A DNA stretch of 64,000 bases from Octopus sinensis (Eukaryota), in contig NC_042997.1 of the NCBI RefSeq assembly GCF_006345805.1, forward strand, positions 40,734,001-40,798,000, written 5' to 3'. Below the pieces are notes generated by a model. The model did not search any database, was not told the origin of the DNA, and was given only the letters and a program-made list of their open reading frames with translations. Made by a program: the position numbers and the translations under genes. Positions 62,348 to 64,000 of this stretch are shown one piece after another (position 1 is the stretch's first letter; the number at the start of each line of letters is the position of its first letter).

Positions 62348-63971
62348 CCCGACTTCCTACGCAACCGCTGAGCCTGGATGCGCATTCATCCATCCGTCGA
62401 TGCTCGCGGTATTGGGGGTTGACCCGCTTTCTCTTCTGCGGGTCTTACGAATAGCAAAGGACCACGTTTCGGACTTCTCCCATCTTGCGAGTTCTGGGAC
62501 GAAGACCGTTCGCACAAAAACGCAAATATCGCCCAGCGTCTTTTGTATCAGCAGTGAGAAATATGTTTCCATATAGAAATATGTTTCCACATGGATGAAG
62601 AAGAATTAAAATTGGCAAGAAAATTTGTAAAAAGAGATGGTAAAAGGATAGCTCTAAACCATCCATCCGACGTGATAGAAAATATCGCAAGATGCACGGT
62701 CACATACCGTTGCATCGGAGTTAAGTCTCGGCGGGTGGAAAATGCTCCCGAGAGCGAAGTACAAAAATGCCTTGGGCGCGTGTGGGAACAAAGACCCACA
62801 TCACCCGAGGAAAGAAGTTTGGATCCACTGAGATGAGATTTGGGACTGAAGAAGAAGCTAGATGTAATTTCGCAACCAATTTGAGGAATGACAACTTTTT
62901 CTTAATCCCCAGCTATCGCGGCCAACATGCCAAGATTAGGGCGCTGAATGTGCCGCCAGAAATATCCATTACCTGGTTAGTGGTGGCCGTCTTGGCAGGT
63001 TTAGAAGAAGACGAAGTCACAATACTGGAGGTCAAGAAACTACCTAAGCAAAACTAGTTAGGTGTATGTATGAAACTGACCTTGCAATGCAAGCAGGACC
63101 ATATCGACCAGCTGGGTACGCATCTGTCAGTGTTCGTGGAGGGTAGAAATGTGGACCTGTAAAACACTTAAATGTTTCCTAACCAGAAACAATGGAAAAT
63201 AAAGTCTCACCTCTGCCAGCATTACAAATACCACAAGTGCAAAATCATAAACAAATGCTCAAGACTCCTACGCCTTCTCCCGCACCCTCGCCCAAAACCA
63301 AGACAAAGAAGGTGTCTACTCTCGGCTGCCGCGGAAAAGCGAGTTTCTCCTGAATGCTCTTCCTCCCAAACCAACATCAACTGCAATGACATGGAGAAGG
63401 AAGAGCTGAAGGATCAATGGATCACAGTGACAAAAGGGGGTAGGCGAAAGAGGAGGAGAGTACATAGCCCTACTCCAAAAAATCAACAAAAACTTATTCT
63501 GAAACCACAACTGCAGTACTAGGTCACAACCACTACAACGAAAACAGCAAGAACAAGATCAACAACTTTAAAAACAAAAACATCATCAACAACAGTAAGA
63601 AACCGAGAAACAACCGATTACAGAACTTCAAAAATATTCACCAGACTATAAGACGAAATGTATCCATCAATTTCACTGTCGTCAGGCGCTCACTGTCCAC
63701 TACAAGTCGGGAAATAGGATCGATGGATGTTCCACTTTAGATATTTACAGAAGATTAGTAACGGGGAAATGCTATGCCTTCCATGGGAAGATTCTAGGCG
63801 TGGACGAAGACGAACTGGCAAGTCTATTCTGGAGAACTTTCCGGTCGGGGACTGTTATGGATAATTTCCCGATGTCTTTGGCCTGGCAGTGCTACCGGTG
63901 GCGCTACCGGCTCGAAGACGGGCTTGTCCGAGGTGCTCGCAGAGCGATGAAACCGTTCTGCATGCACTCAT
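62348..63971 (+). mobile_element. Internally deleted Tx1/L1-like LINE: 5' region, degenerate ORF1, end of ORF2
   Basis: PSYRGQHAKIRALNVPPEISITWLVVAV...VFVEGR (ORF1-like), low-complexity basic tail, then ELASLFWRTFRSG..MDNFPMSLAWQCYR (zf-RVT-like). No EN or RT core. Confidence 0.6.
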
Positions 63972-64000
63972 TCAAGTGGTAATCTTTCTTCAACTTTTAT

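Overview
AT-rich, microsatellite-dense animal DNA, most likely an octopus (inferred from the tRNA-derived SINE families; not checked by search). The only host gene I can support is the 3' end of a transglutaminase on +: the last two coding exons (1534-1670, 6763-6922), which the ORF track misses. Nearly all listed ORFs are translations of simple repeats or fragments of dead retroelements. The rest is a TE mosaic: several SINE families (one forms tandem multimers), many R4/Dong-type RLE LINE pieces tied to (TAA)n tracts, CR1, RTE, Tx1 and Penelope fragments, two Helitrons, a Helentron-like element, MITEs and a 100-N gap. Best leads: (1) palindromic small elements, two of them TA-flanked, carrying a minimal type I hammerhead ribozyme motif on each strand, most complete at 26459-27182, with further hammerhead relics across the window; (2) a local inverted, apparently templated duplication with a 16-bp target duplication at 58.4-59.5 kb; (3) SINE trimers inside a single TSD; (4) head-to-tail chains of Dong 3' ends; (5) a 185-bp palindrome downstream of the transglutaminase stop codon. 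All of this was read by eye, so TE boundaries are approximate and no folding, alignment or database search was run.
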